Below, in pieces: positions 37,948 to 51,120 of a stretch of 64,000 bases of DNA. A model generated the notes under the pieces. The model was not told where the DNA came from, did no database searches, and saw only the letters and a list, made by a program, of their open reading frames with translations. Origin of the DNA: Marsupella aquatica (taxonomy: Eukaryota > Plantae > Marchantiophyta); the NCBI GenBank assembly GCA_973895155.1, contig OZ316894.1:3868944-3932943 (forward strand), in the 5' to 3' direction. The translations under genes were made by a program, and so were the position numbers. Positions within the stretch are counted from its first letter, which is position 1; each line of letters starts with the position of its first letter.

Positions 37948-39974
37948 GTACATGCATAGGGAGGTTAAATTGCGCAGATTGTTAGTCTACACAGGAGATT
38001 AGTTTGTGCAGGGAAGATAGCCAAGTTAGCAGTTCACATGACCTCTTGAATGGTCATTTTGTAAGAGTGTATGAGCGGATGCCAACACTAATTTGTGTAT
38101 CACCTATCATCAGTATATTATGTATTTGTATGTCAGCCTCGGCCCTGGCAGTCTGAGTTTCTTTTAAGGGATTCGATGATGACTATTCTGCCATATGACC
38201 CAAAGGCATGGCACGAACACATACATATGCTGGTGGCCTTTCAAAGATTGTCAACTAACGCTCTTTTTGGAAATGGATCTTGTGGTAGCGGTGATGTCCA
38301 GTGGACGAGAGTTTGGTATTGAAGGAGGGGTATTGACGGAGGTGTGGTACAAGGCAACTGCTATCCCCCAACTAGGAAGGTAGTCATTTCCTTTTTGCCA
38401 TCGTGTTCAAAACAAAAATGTTGCTGTGTGTTGTGACCCCTGCATCATTGGTTTTTTGAAATGTCTGAGCTAACGTTTGAACATCATCACGCAACATACC
38501 AGCTTGTGCCCAATGCAGCTGCTACCGGCCCGGCCCCCTCAAGTTGCATTACTTGGCGGACCATTCTATCAGAGGTCCAAAAACTCTAGTCCAAGGTATT
38601 ACATATTCTGGACTTTGTGGTTCTTTTAATTGTGCTCCATTATTTACCGCTTCTTATATAGTTCATATGTTTTAAGCTGCTAATGCACAGGGCTTTGTAT
38701 CTTGCTCAGGTAAGATGTCATTTCAGTTTTGTCATTTTTTTGTACATGTAGGACTCGTTTAATTTGCAGGGCCCATCGAGTTCAAGGAGACCATGGGGAA
38801 GTCATGCCCCCATTGGCGACTGCTGGATTTAGCCGCTGGCAGTCCAGCGCTCCTTGTAATTTCGAAGCAGGTTGCCTAGGGGAGTGTGTGATTAGAGCCT
38901 GTCATTATTGTGTCCATGGTTGTCACTTGTCATTGCTGTCAGCCCCTTAAGTCATGTATAGTCTGTTGTGGCCCTCACAACTGTGGAGGAGAAGGATTGG
39001 AGTGTGGGCCTGGCCCCGACTGTACATGGACCAAGCACATATGGGACAAGCTGAATTGGGACAAGCTAAACTTGGGCAAGCTGAAATGGCCATGTGCAGA
39101 TCCCTGTCCCTCTTGTGCTTACGCTGAATCTGGAGTCCTTGCATGCAAAGGGTACGCCCTTCACACCCGACACATGTCGGAGAAAGTAGCAATGGATCTG
39201 TAACCAGCCAATCCTAACGAGAAATGGTCAAGATGGGGCAAGGCTCTCGTGGGATTGGTCCTGACCAGTGGATGCGGTCTCCACGTGTGGGTTGCTTAAT
39301 ATTGCCTTATAACCAATCTTGGTAGCCTACTTTGCTTTGATATCATGAATTTCTGTCCTCCTTTCTATCTCTCTCACACAATTCCATTGCCTTCAACAAG
39401 CAACGGTAAAGATCCAGCCTGTCTTATACGTAGTCAGCAGAATGCAATTGGCATGGCTTTGGAGGCCTTTCGGTAGAGGTCAAAAGGCTGGATCACATTC
39501 TACAGTCTCATTGTTGCTCGGGCGAAAGCCATATTCATTTTTCCGTGTGGCTTGAATGAGTACCACTTCCTTCTTGATGACATCCAAGATGTTATCAATG
39601 AGCTCAGGGATCCACTTGCCACTGATCGAGTTGAAATGAGAATTGGGGTGGTTTGTTTAAACTGTCAGATTAATACCTGTCGCACGCAGGCCCTCCATAG
39701 ACTTCCTTTGGATGTTGGCCCATTCTAATAGGCCAGGTTGCTTGTTTCCCGCATTGGCCAACAATCATCAATCTGCCTAACATCTTTGTAACCTGTCTCT
39801 AGTAGAAGAATTGGTGCACATGATGTCCACATTGTGTGGTGTTGCGCCATGCCACCCAAGAAAGTTGCATTTTGGGTGAATATGTGGTTAGAATGAAATG
39901 AACCTATCCTATTTTGAGCAATCCCTATGTTGATGCTCCCTTTGTCATGTGGACTGTGCGCAGGCCCATGAGAG

Positions 39975-42900
39975 GTGGATAGGTTGTCAGTAAAGGGTGA
40001 GAGAATGCCGCCTGCCACTTTGTTTCAAGTAGACAAAGAAGGTGGGGAAAGGAAACCTATATCGTCATATAGTTACAAAGCAGGGGAATCGTATGCTGAT
40101 GCCCGACTGAAGTTGGAGGCACTACTCGATTTTGACTTCCACTTTATTGATGTCAATCTCGCCACTTGGATGCCGGAGAAATGGGAGATCTGCAATCTTT
40201 TGGAGGATTGTGGGGGAAAGATTGTTATCATTCCCAAAAATGCCTTGGAGCCTCCAACCCCATTGGTGCACGTAGACCCTGGAGGCGCAGGGCAAGCCCT
40301 CGGGAGTAGCAATGCTTCCAATGGCCTTTCATTGCCAGAGAGTGATGATGCCGATTTTCCCATGAATGAGGAGCCTCCAGTGGAAGCTGATTCACACTCT
40401 GGTTGCCCCTTGCCAGAGCCTGAACAACAAGTCACATTCATGTCCACTCTTATGAGCAATACTTTAAAGGCAGTATGGGAAGCATCTGCGGATAAGTTGA
40501 AGACTCACATGGAATCCATTTAATGTGCTGACCACAAGTGGAAAGTGAGAACTTGGGACAAAGACAACATGCCCTGGGGGCATATCGAGTGTTGTGAGTG
40601 TGACAAGCGGGTGGAAGGGCTAGCAAAAGGCACATTGATGGATAAATCATCCATCAATATTAATGCATTTACCAACTTCAAAAATTTGCATTTGCGATCA
40701 TCAAAGCATGCAGCTCGGGTGGCTAGGAATAGGGGTGAGAAAGTTGGGCATGTGGAGATTGCAAGGAGGGCGCAGTCAAATACTTTTACTGATAGAGCCA
40801 TACTTGAAGAGCATTTGAAGATTGTAGCAAAGATCAACGAGTTGCAGATAGTTGGTCGCGAGACGTTTACAGTCGAGGGGGATGTCCATAAGGAACCAGT
40901 GGAGTTCCAGACTTTGAAACTGTTCTGCAATTTTTGTCTTCACCATTTGACTTTGGTACCCAAACAACGAAACTTGGAGGCTAATCTGACAAGCCATTGT
41001 ACTGGCTTGATCCATCTTGATTATGTGGCCAAAAGTCAGAGGCCTACAAGAAATGAGCCAGTTTTGTCAGGGCGCCCTGGCAGACCCCGTACTGTGGACG
41101 GGAGGGATAAGAAACAGAGAAAAATTCAGGGGTTCTTGACTTGCACCTCGACTGCAGGTGCATCAAGCAGCTCGTCAAGGATGTCAGCACGAGATGATGA
41201 TAGAGGTACTTTCGATAATTTGTCATTGTTGTGTTGGGGTCTGTGGCGGTATGAGATAGAAGTAGGGTCAGAACTTAGGCCTATCAAAAGTCACCTACAC
41301 GACCAGGTAAAGTGGGTGGTGCGTGGTATGCAAAGCCCCTAGTAATGGCAGAGGTGTTCTGTATGTATAGTGAAGAAGCTTGTGAGATCAAGGGCCTTTT
41401 CAGGCATAAAGAATGTAGTCGAATGTCACAGTTGGGGGGCGGGTTTGATGATTTGACGTGTTCCAAGTGTTATTCCATTAAGAACATGAAGGACTTCAGA
41501 CTTTGGGTAGCAAGAGCTCGGTCAAGGCCTATGAGAAAAGAGGAGAGAGAGGGACTGGCAAGGGCAGGCGGCTAGGTTGCCTCACAATTCCTGAGGTCCA
41601 AAACCAAGCTAAAGTATACAGAAACCGAATTTTGAGAGAGAGGAAGTTGCAGAAATATCTAAGTCACAAACTGTTGATGCTGAAGTCTCGGATCCCTAGT
41701 ATAAAGGAAGTTTGTCTTGACTATCAAGGCCCCAATAAGGAATCTATCCTTAAGTTTTGTCAGTCCATAGTCCTTGCGCACAGGAAGGGTGCATTTGGTG
41801 GGAGAGGTGCATTGTGGGATATGTTATCTGATATAGCTTCAAACTTGAATACGACAAAGGAGGGATATAGGTTCAAGGCTGGAACAAAGCTTCTCTGCCA
41901 AACACTCTTCTTGCATGGTGGTCGACGTGTTGTTGACTGCCTTGCAAGTAATGGGATAGGGCCAAGCATAAACACCCTTCAACGGGACAGAAGAGGGATG
42001 GCAGTATTCCGAGCAGGAATCCATGCTGAACAATTTATGTTTGTCTCTCAAGTGTACTCCAAACTGAAAGAGAGACTCAACATCAAAGGGCCAGTTCCCT
42101 GTTATTTGGCAGAAGATGAGACCACTGTCAAAAAAACAGTAAGGTACTTTCTTCAGGCCCTCATGCATGATGTTGTACTTCAGGCCCTCACGCATGATGT
42201 TAGTCATGTCATGGTGTTGGATCCTAGTTTCACCTTTATCTCTGTTTCAACTATTATGTAGGCTCCATCTGGAAACCAAGAACTCAGTTTTGGTTTCTTG
42301 CAGGTGGCTGCCAAAACATGACACCATGATTGGGTTTTGCGGCACCCAAACAGAGCATGTATGCCTTGTTGGGTGGGAGATAGAAGTGGGCAAAGGAGAA
42401 CTTAGCTTCCACATCATCGTTGATGCTTTTGACAACAATGTGGTAGGACAGATGGCTCGTTGTATAGTAGTCAATCCCCTTGCAGAGGGGTTCCCATGGT
42501 TGCTTATACTAGCTACAGGTACATGTAATAGATTTAAAGCTCCTTGGGTTAGAGAGCAGTGGGATATCCTGGAGTCATTGTGGAACACTCATTGTCTGGA
42601 GAGTGTGGGGCCTTTACTCGGCCATGCAAGTGACGGTGATGCACGTAGGAGGAAGTTAATGTTGGAGGACTATACTGGCTGTCAGAAGGCAGGGCCAAGA
42701 TTTAGCCTTGGGTGGGAAGGCTGGAAATTGAGCCACTCTATGACAGGTGATGGGCCATTGACCCACGCTGTTGGGCTACATGACCAAGACTATATCCACA
42801 ATGGGAAGAAGTTAGTGAACCCATTGGATTCTTCAGCTCGGATATTGAAACTGGGGACTCAAGTGGCCAACCTGAGTCATCTGAGACTCCTGTTAGGTTT

Positions 42901-44140
42901 ATATGACCATGACCTTCATGGGCTGAACCATGATGATGTAACACGAAATGATAGGCAAAATTGGGCTAGTGCACAAAGGATTTGTAGTCGTAAGGCGGGT
43001 TCTACGCTGAGGATGTTGCGTCTGCGGAAGGATGCAAGGGCTCGGGGGTTTCACTTCCACAAAAATGGCATATCACGTGCGACGAAGGATAGGGTCATTT
43101 TATTGGTTCTAAGGGAAGACTTAAGAATTTTTGTAGAAGAACAATAGGGTCTTTCAAATTCAATTTTGAGACTTATAAGAACATTAGGGCCTTTTTAATC
43201 CAATTTTTAGAATATTCCAAGAATATTCCAACTTTATAGGGGTTAAAAAATAAATTTTTTTTCTTACATTTTAGGGGGTCCGAGGCCTAAAAACGTCGCA
43301 GGCGATGGGGAGGTCCCCATATAGTGAGACCCCCGAGTCCCTGGGATGTCTGTCCGTTACGTAGACGCTCATGTAGAGGAAGCTGCCTCCGAATTGTCTG
43401 CAACAATGAATATCATGCATTCAGACTTGTTGTATGGTGCACCAATTAAGCAAGTGAAGCCAACTGTGTGTTTTCAAGAGCGACAGATCTACAAAAGTAC
43501 ATTGGTTAGCCAGCTGATTGGAAACCCCCACTTGAGTAAGGACCGATTGACTTGTGTGAAACAGAGTGTGTACTTCAATAATTTAGTGGACAAACCCAAC
43601 TATAGAGAGGGTGTACCAACTATGTTCATGACAGTGGGCACTGACTGTGGTGTTTTCTTCCTTGATGAAACACAACATGAGGTCAGGGCAACTCGAAACT
43701 CAGAGGCCGTAGCAAAAGCATCCAAAGGGAAAGCAGGTGGAAGGAAATCAAAACAAAATGTGACCAATCCAAAGAAGCCAAGAGGAGATCCGGTAGCAGT
43801 GTGTTCTGCATCTGGGCCAAAGTATGTTTGGTGGATTGGCAGGGTGCAAAGCATCCACCGAAAGTATGGTAACAGTGTTTGCAGATCTAGAGAACCTTTG
43901 GATCTACTTGATAGACCTGGTTCCGAAGCTGCATGTTAAGTAGTGTTCAATTGGTTTACACCGGTTGGGTCTAGTAGGAACAAATTTGCTTATAATATGT
44001 GTGATCCACAGACCATTGACTTGGACTGTGTCATATCACCTGTGAGTTTTACAGTGGATCCTCTCTATCCAACTATTTTTAAGTTGCCTCCAGATGATGT
44101 GACTGCCCTCGACAATTTTGTAAAGAACAACATAGAATGA
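39975..44140 (+). pseudogene. Decayed P-element/THAP9-like transposase with N-terminal zinc-finger-like motifs
   Basis: Motifs LAEDET, HASDGDARRRK, QDYIHNGKKLVNPL and DRQNWASAQRI occur in the order of the P-type D…D…(D)xxH..K..N…KM/Q core. CxxC…H motifs lie upstream. Intron at 42144-42303. Disrupted by stops (40521, 43937), frameshifts and a MITE at 43041. Confidence 0.6.
43041..43337 (+). mobile_element. Family-B MITE, 297 bp, no intact TSD
   Basis: TIR CTCGGGGGT(T/C)TCACT. Near-identical to the reverse complement of 58878-59174. Flanks TGCAAGGG / TCCCTGGG differ. Confidence 0.9.
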
Positions 44141-45977
44141 TGACCTGTATTTGGGGCAGGTACACTCCATGCCTGATTTTTATCATTGATGGTTACACAC
44201 CGGGGTAACACATTCTCCAGAGGAGCGAAGGTAGCAAGTTAAGATTTGAAAACATCCTAAGCGTATTCTGATATGTAATCTGTAAACCTTGTAGATCTGG
44301 TTGTATTCAATATAATACTCATTAATGGTGTTGGTCCATTTGTGGATCAGGTGTATTGGAGACTTCGAGATGACTAAGGTGGGGACAACAGTGATGAAGA
44401 AATGCTCTAGACTGAGCAGGAGGAGAAGCAGACCCGGTACTAGAGATCTGACAACTGCAGCAGCTGTTGTGGTTTATTCCAGAGTTCCAAAGTCAAGGAA
44501 GGCACAGGGGAAAGGCAGCCCTGATTACAGCAAAGAAGAGTGGAGCAACAAGGAGATAGCTAAAGAGAGTTCTGGAGGTTGTGGTTTAGGAATCATAGAT
44601 GTTGTGATTCCTGAAGTAGAGGCAAGTGTGGAGGGGCTATGGAGTGTGATCTCTATTCAAAAATCATATGATTTGCCTACAATTGTCCCTTCCCATTTTT
44701 ACAATCATATTTTTTGGCAAGCAGAATGGCCTGTACACATAAGTGACTATTCACTTATGAAGCAGACCAGCATTGGAAGGCATGACAGTGGGCAGGAGTC
44801 TTAGGTTTGTATTGTCTTAGGTTAGCTGCGGGGTTAGCTGATTCAATATCAGTCTTTAGATTTATAAAGACTTACCATTTTCATCTCCTTTATAGAGCGG
44901 TTATATACATACATGACCAGTGGTAACTTGGTCTTCAAAAAAACTCTCCAGTTACATACTCAATTACATATATAAAGATTGCAGCATACCCGGCAGCGTT
45001 AAGCATTATCACGCAATACAAATTGTAATATATGAAGGATAATTATTATTGCCCAAAACTCACTTTTGTAATACACTGAAGATACTTTAATAAGAGGAAA
45101 TGTTTGGTTTTTTATAAAAAACAAGGATAATCTCTATAGGAGAAAAATTAATAAGAAGGGGTACCTGTGTAGGGGAGGCTCACAGGTATGATTGTATAAT
45201 ATACAAGGAGTGAGGGCCCAGGGTGGAAATCTCTCAAGGAGGAATACATCCTCTTGAGCTCATCTGGGTTGGGGGTGCCATGGATTGTCAGGGTTTGCGG
45301 TAGCTATCTCGCTTGCTTGTCAAATCCTACCGAAACAACAACCAAGCCGTGTTCAATTTCTCAAGGGAGCTTGCGTTGGGGAGGCAAATGACAGCCAAGG
45401 AGGCATGGAGGTTGAGTTCCAAGTGCACTTGGCCCCTAGGCTACCAGTTGAGTGATTGAGAAATATGAGTTGGTTGCTAGATGTGACGCCGCCGGTACGG
45501 CGGTTAATGAGTGATTCGGTCTAACTGCGCTCGGCACGCGCGTTAGGAGTGTCTTAGACCGCTGTTATTAGCATAACAATAGTATTTAGGTAATCATTAT
45601 GGGTAGGATATCATTAGGCAATAAGGGGGAATTCAGGTTCAGACTGGCGGATGGTCGCTATTCGCACACCCGGGTTACGAGCGTGGAGGGGCCCCTCCCT
45701 CGGGTCCGTATAACGAACTTAAGGAAGCGGCCACTGACACGCGCTGACTCAGACCGGCGGAGTGGCCGGCACACCACAAGCGTGAGCGGTTCAGTCTATG
45801 GGCGTCGAGGAGACGTCGGGGGATCGACAAGCCCTCAAGGTATAAAAGGGGAGCCAACCCTTTGTAGTGCACCAGTCCATCAGTCCACGCGCCAGCTTCG
45901 ACCCCAGCTCTCTCGTTCGCTCTAAGTCGCCACTACTATCTCCTCTGAATGTCGCACTCCAGCTCGGCCATTCGATT

Positions 45978-46776
45978 ATGGACGCAGTTCCTATCTACCG
46001 GAAGGCACTTGGCCGACTCATTGAAACACACCAACCCGCACCGATACGAAATCGAACGCGAGTACGAGAGAGCCATCCGCCTAGCAGGACGACACCACTA
46101 CATCCTTAACTTTGACTACACGTCTCAGAGCGAGCTTTACCGACCTGTAGAGGTATCCGGGTACTTCTTCAACGGAGATAAATATATCGGGTTCTAGGAA
46201 GCATTGCTTCGGCTTCCGGACGAGGTCTTCAATATCCCGAGTATGATCGACTTGCAGCGACATCACTTCGACCACATCCTTGCTCAGGTTCGGGCTATCA
46301 TCAACAGCGAGTCCAACACTACCCGTTCGACAAGGTCGTCTGCACTCGCTTCGGAGAACTTCTACCAGCACCTACAGAGCTTCATAGGAACTCGGCCAGC
46401 AACCAACATGACCAACTCAGTCGTACCCGTACCCGTACCCGTACCCGTACAACCTCAGGCTCAGCTTCAGCTTCAGCCTCAGCCGCAGCCTAGCCAAACC
46501 CCACCACCGATCGCCCAGCCAGCACAAGTACGCTCCGTCATCAATGCTGTGGATCTTAGCGATGACGACGAGGCCACCCTACCCTTGACCAGGCAGCCCA
46601 GAGGAACAAGCGCTCAAGGGGCCGACACTATATCGTCCCCACCCCCTGCTCTGACCCCAGGAGCGGCCCCGGCAGACAACATGGTGACTGTGGCCGACCC
46701 GGGCCCGTTACTAACGGCAGTAGCACTACCCAGGCCCGATGGGGAGGATGGGGAGGTGTCACCTTCCCCGAGCTAG
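45978..46776 (+). pseudogene. ORF1 of the solo-LTR-like element (Pro/Gln-rich C-terminus), disrupted
   Basis: ATG at 45978, frameshift at about 46035, and TAG at 46195 in frame with the 46204-46776 ORF. Confidence 0.5.
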
Positions 46777-46824
46777 TCACGGGGGAAGAAGAGGAAGGAA
46801 TCCGCCACTGCATCCGGGTTACCG

Positions 46825-48581
46825 TTGGCCACGGTAGCCGTGGCCAAGGTGACGATGCACCGCATGGGGGAAAACGTTCACAAAAACATCCTCCATCCCA
46901 AGCATGCGGTGTACCTGAAGACTCAGGGATTCGAGCACCTCGCCTCCCTCCCCTGGAACACTTGCAGGTACTACGGGGAGGACATGACGGAGTTCGTCAG
47001 GAATTATGACGACGCGCGTCAACATACTCGGTTGCGGGGAAGGAGTATGTCCCTCACGGAAGAACGGCTCAGGATGATCTTCGGGTTACCCGAAGGTGAC
47101 CATCGAGTCGAATCACGGGCTCCCGGGGGCAAGGGAGCCAAGTACCAATCTTCAAGTTTTCCCTCAGAGGGAGCAGTGGACAACGGGTTCGTGATGAAGA
47201 CCTGCCTCATCCCCGAGATAGCTGAGCGACTGGAGTTCCAGAGGTACGCCCTCCACATGATGGAACCCCGGGGGGAGATCTCCACCGCCCAGGTTATCCA
47301 GGTCGAGAACTATCGGCCTAGGAGGTGGGCGTCGTACTTCGCTAAGAAATTCCATGAAGAGATGGAGCGGCGAAGGAAGACGCTGTACATTGGCGGGAAG
47401 GCGTATTTCGCTAGCCACATCGAGATCATTCTTGAGTGGTACGCCCGGTTTGATCGACGAACCCTTCCCCGTGTCAACGTTACAAAGCTGGTCCCAGCTA
47501 GGTGGGTTTTCCCGGCCTTGGAGAGACGGCCCCAACCCGAGGCCCGAAGTCCAGCGGACACGCCAGCTTCACCCACCCCACCTCCACAAGTAGCTGTAGT
47601 CGTAACCGAGGAGGTACCGGATGGGTCAGGTGTTGCAACCGTTGATGCGACCCAACAGGCCGGGCTAAGTACAGAAGTCGGTATGGCGGAGGTCTTACCC
47701 GAGCCCGGTTCTCCCAAAGACCCACCGGTGGCTATTCCGGAGAACCGGACATTGCTACAGGAGGACGCTCTAGCCCCTTCCAACGTTACATCCCCAGGGC
47801 TGGACGTCACTGCCCCGGCCCCCGCGCGTGTTGACGTCTGCCCGTGCCCAACTCCGGACAGGCACAACCTGGACCACCCGGAACTCTTCGTACCGGGTAC
47901 ATTTCTGAACGGGCTTCTGGGAGATTCTCTCATCAGATTGCCCGGGATACCAGGGAGTTCATTGCCCGGAAGGTAGCCTGTTTCTTCAATCAAGAGTTGG
48001 TTGCCGCAGTAAAGGCAGGTCGGGCCCAGTCAGAGGCCCTTCAGAGGATAGAGCGGTACCGGGTGGAGTCTGTGTACCTAAAGAACGAAGTTGCGGCTCA
48101 AGAGGCTGAGCTTCGGCAACTACGACCCAAGGTTGCAGCCGCCGATGAGTTGTTAGCAAAGGCGCACGCTCTTACCGCCCTAGCCGAACAGGCCAAAGCT
48201 GGGAACGAGGCCGAGATTACACGACTCCGGAACCAGATTGACAGTTTGAAGAATCAAACTATCACCTGGCAGAAAGACCTAGAGGAGGCCGAGGAACGGG
48301 CCCAACGGGACACGGCGGAGATAGCCACACTGTAGGCCGAGGTGGCGCGGCTCCAAACCAAGGCCGAGAAGCAGGACCAGCTGGCGGGTAAACTGACAAG
48401 TGACGCCCAGCAGTTGGAGGAGGTTTGTCAGGAGGCAGCAGAGGAGACGCACGCGGCGAGGCGAGAGAACGAATCTCTGCTGGACCAGGTCCAGCTCCTC
48501 AAGGCGGACAATGACAGGCTTCGAAGGCAGCGGGATGGCCGCTCCCATTCAGGCGGCTCTGGCAAGCGTGTCAGGCATTAG
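46825..48581 (+). pseudogene. ORF2 of the solo-LTR-like element: plant-transposon accessory domain + coiled coil, disrupted
   Basis: EFVRNYD…RGRSMSLTEERLRMIFGLPEG resembles accessory ORFs of Ty3/Gypsy (Athila/Tat-type) elements. It is followed by a Pro-rich linker, a frameshift at about 47900-47940, and a heptad-rich tail with TAG at 48333. Confidence 0.55.
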
Positions 48582-50067
48582 CGGCAGAGTAGGAATAGAT
48601 TAGGATTAGGACTAGCTTAGTCAGGCTCTTGGGACAGGCACCTGCCTTCGGTACAGCATTGCTGCCATGCTGTCCAGCCTGCGTAGATTAGGATCTTCTA
48701 ATAAGACACAGTCGTTTCCGGCCTGACTGTCAGCTTAGTTAAGACCTTAGTCAGTGAATCTTCGGCGAGAGGACACCCCGTCCCTCGGCCCTTAGTATTT
48801 AGTGCACCCCTCGGTAGAGGCAAGGGGGGGGTTTTTTTAGTTGCAGAGTTGGGCGTCTGCGGTATGTGCGGGGAGTCCCGACCTCTGGGAATGAAAGAGT
48901 ACCAAGGGGAGGGGGTAGGACTAAGCTCGCCGGGCGAGTGCGGAGCCAGGCTCCATTGTAGTGTGCACCCTCAGCCTTGAACCTGTTCATTCCGGGGCTG
49001 TCGGGTCAACTAAGTGTACACATATGTTCCCTTTGTAGTAAAATCCTTTCCCATCATTTTCCTTCGTGTAAATCGAGATTGTATGCATGTGCGCGTGTAT
49101 GTGTGTGGGTTTCTCGTATATGGGTGGTAGCACCAGGCCGAACGCACTACCCGAGACGTGCACAGGGTGCAGCCTGTGGGTAAGTGGTTGCGAGCACGGG
49201 TTGAGGACCTGTATCATCGAATCCGGATCAAAGGCGGACAACATGAAGGCTTAGAAGCCCTTAAGCCGGGGTCAATCCTGCTATCGACTAAGGTACGTTC
49301 TGGCGGTGAAACAGAAACCATACCTAGGAGGTGTCTGTATTTAGCAGTATGCGCACTTAGCGCTAGTTTACGAGAATAAGGTGCATTACGTGCTTCCCTT
49401 CCTGCCCGAACCCTCAGATTTACGAGGGATGTGCCCGTCTAAGCTGAAGTCTGAGTTAAGGCCGCAGCCAATGACGTGACACTAGTCAGGTCATTCTAGT
49501 TCCGACATTTTAGGACAAGCTATGCTATTAATTTGGACCATGAGCATGTCCTGGGGGCAGGGCGGTCGACTGGTGATAGGTAGGTATGTGGGGGAGCATG
49601 GCCTGCACCCGAAGAGGGGCTATTTTGGATGAATAGTGGGTGTCGGCTGTGGCTCCGGCTTATGGCAAGGCCATGCGGGCCAGGGAAGACATATTTACCA
49701 ATGTATGTTGAACTTGAGTTAGGATGCTAGGCTAGGAGATCTAGATCCTTTGAGGTTACTTATATACTGGAGTGCTTGATTGCTTGTGCAGATAGTGAGG
49801 ACCATTAAGCGATGGTCGTGTTAGGGAACAAGTGTAGCTTCATATGGGAGTGGCCGCCGGTAGTGCGAGGGGAATCAAGTTGCTTGCTCAAGGAGTTCCG
49901 TGGAGGAGTTTGGGCACCAAGCTAGGGCACTTAGGCGTGAGTGATGGGATTGATGAGGGCGTTGGGTGGCAAGGTCCACCACTGAGTGACTCAAGAAACA
50001 CATTATGCAGTCCATGGAGATAGGCATGTTGGACAATGTTGCCATGCGTTTATCCTCCCATACTTCA

Positions 50068-51048
50068 ACCTTGAGTTAAATCTACATCAAGTTAATGTTC
50101 CCCCACTTTCCCGAGGTGCTGTACATTGCCCGTCCCAGTCCCCGATGCTGCTGCCCGCTCCGGCCCAAGTTTGGCAGAACATAAACCAATACTCTACAAT
50201 TTGACTCATACGCTCTGGCCTGATCAACTTTGCACCATCGACTTCAGGTTTATGTTTTGGCACCCAAAACTTTTGGTCGGCCACTCCGGCCCGATTGACT
50301 TTGTGCCATCAACTTTTTGGAAAGAAGTGTTGCCAAAACATAAACCACCACTCCATAGAGAATAAGTATTTGGCACAACATAAACCAAGACTCTATCAAT
50401 CATGACTCTCAACCAAAGTATTAGGTTTGCCTTGAACACTTAGACTCTATTACAAAATAGGTATGACTCCATTGGAAAGAAGTGTTGCCAAAACATAAAC
50501 CCTGACTCCATCGAGAAGAAGCGTTTGATAAAACATCTACCAAGACTCTTGAATCATGACTCTTAACCAAAATACTAGGTTGTGCCTAAACACTTAGACT
50601 CTATTAATACCAAACAAGCATGACTCCCTTGGAAACAAGTGTTGCCAAAACATTAATCACAACTCCATAGAGAATAAGTATTTGGCACAACATAAACCAA
50701 GACTCTATAAATCACGACTCTTAACCAAAGTACTAGGTTTGCCCTGAACACTTAGACTCTCTTGGAAAGAAGTGATACCAGAACATAAACCAAGACTCCA
50801 CAAGGAAGAAATCGATGACACAAACTTAAGTCGTCGGGCCGGAGCGAGCGAAGGTGCCAAAACATAAACCCAAAGTCGATGACCCAAAGTTTATCAGGTC
50901 GGAGCGCGTGACAAACTGGTAGAGTATTGGTTTATGTTTTGCCAAACTTGGGCCGGAGCGGGGAGCAACATCGGGGACTGGGATGGGCAGTGTACGACGC
51001 CCCAGGAAAGTTGGGGAGCATTAACTTGACGTAGATTTAACTCAGGGT
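50068..51048. mobile_element. Non-autonomous Mutator-like/foldback element, 981 bp
   Basis: TIRs longer than 160 bp (50068-~50235 vs ~50885-51048). 9-bp TSD CATACTTCA at 50059-50067 and 51049-51057. Internal ~155-bp tandem units with repeated aacataaacc. Confidence 0.92.
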
Positions 51049-51120
51049 CATACTTCAAATTCAAAAGCTTGGCCTTCTTTCGTTATTTCCTAATTATAAT
51101 AAAAAATAATTGATGTTTCC

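Larger units (their letters stand above)
45482..49481 (+). mobile_element. 4.0-kb solo-LTR-like element (TG…CA) containing ORFs
   Basis: Ends TGTGACG / CGTGACA. 5-bp flanks CTAGA / CTAGT (4/5 match). Sharp rise in CpG content. TATAAAA at 45841. No gag/pol and no second LTR seen. Confidence 0.7.

Noticed and set aside
33742-50046. CATG…CATG as candidate termini of the P-like element
   Set aside because: Inverted similarity is weak and the flanks (GATCGGGG vs CGTTTATC) show no TSD.
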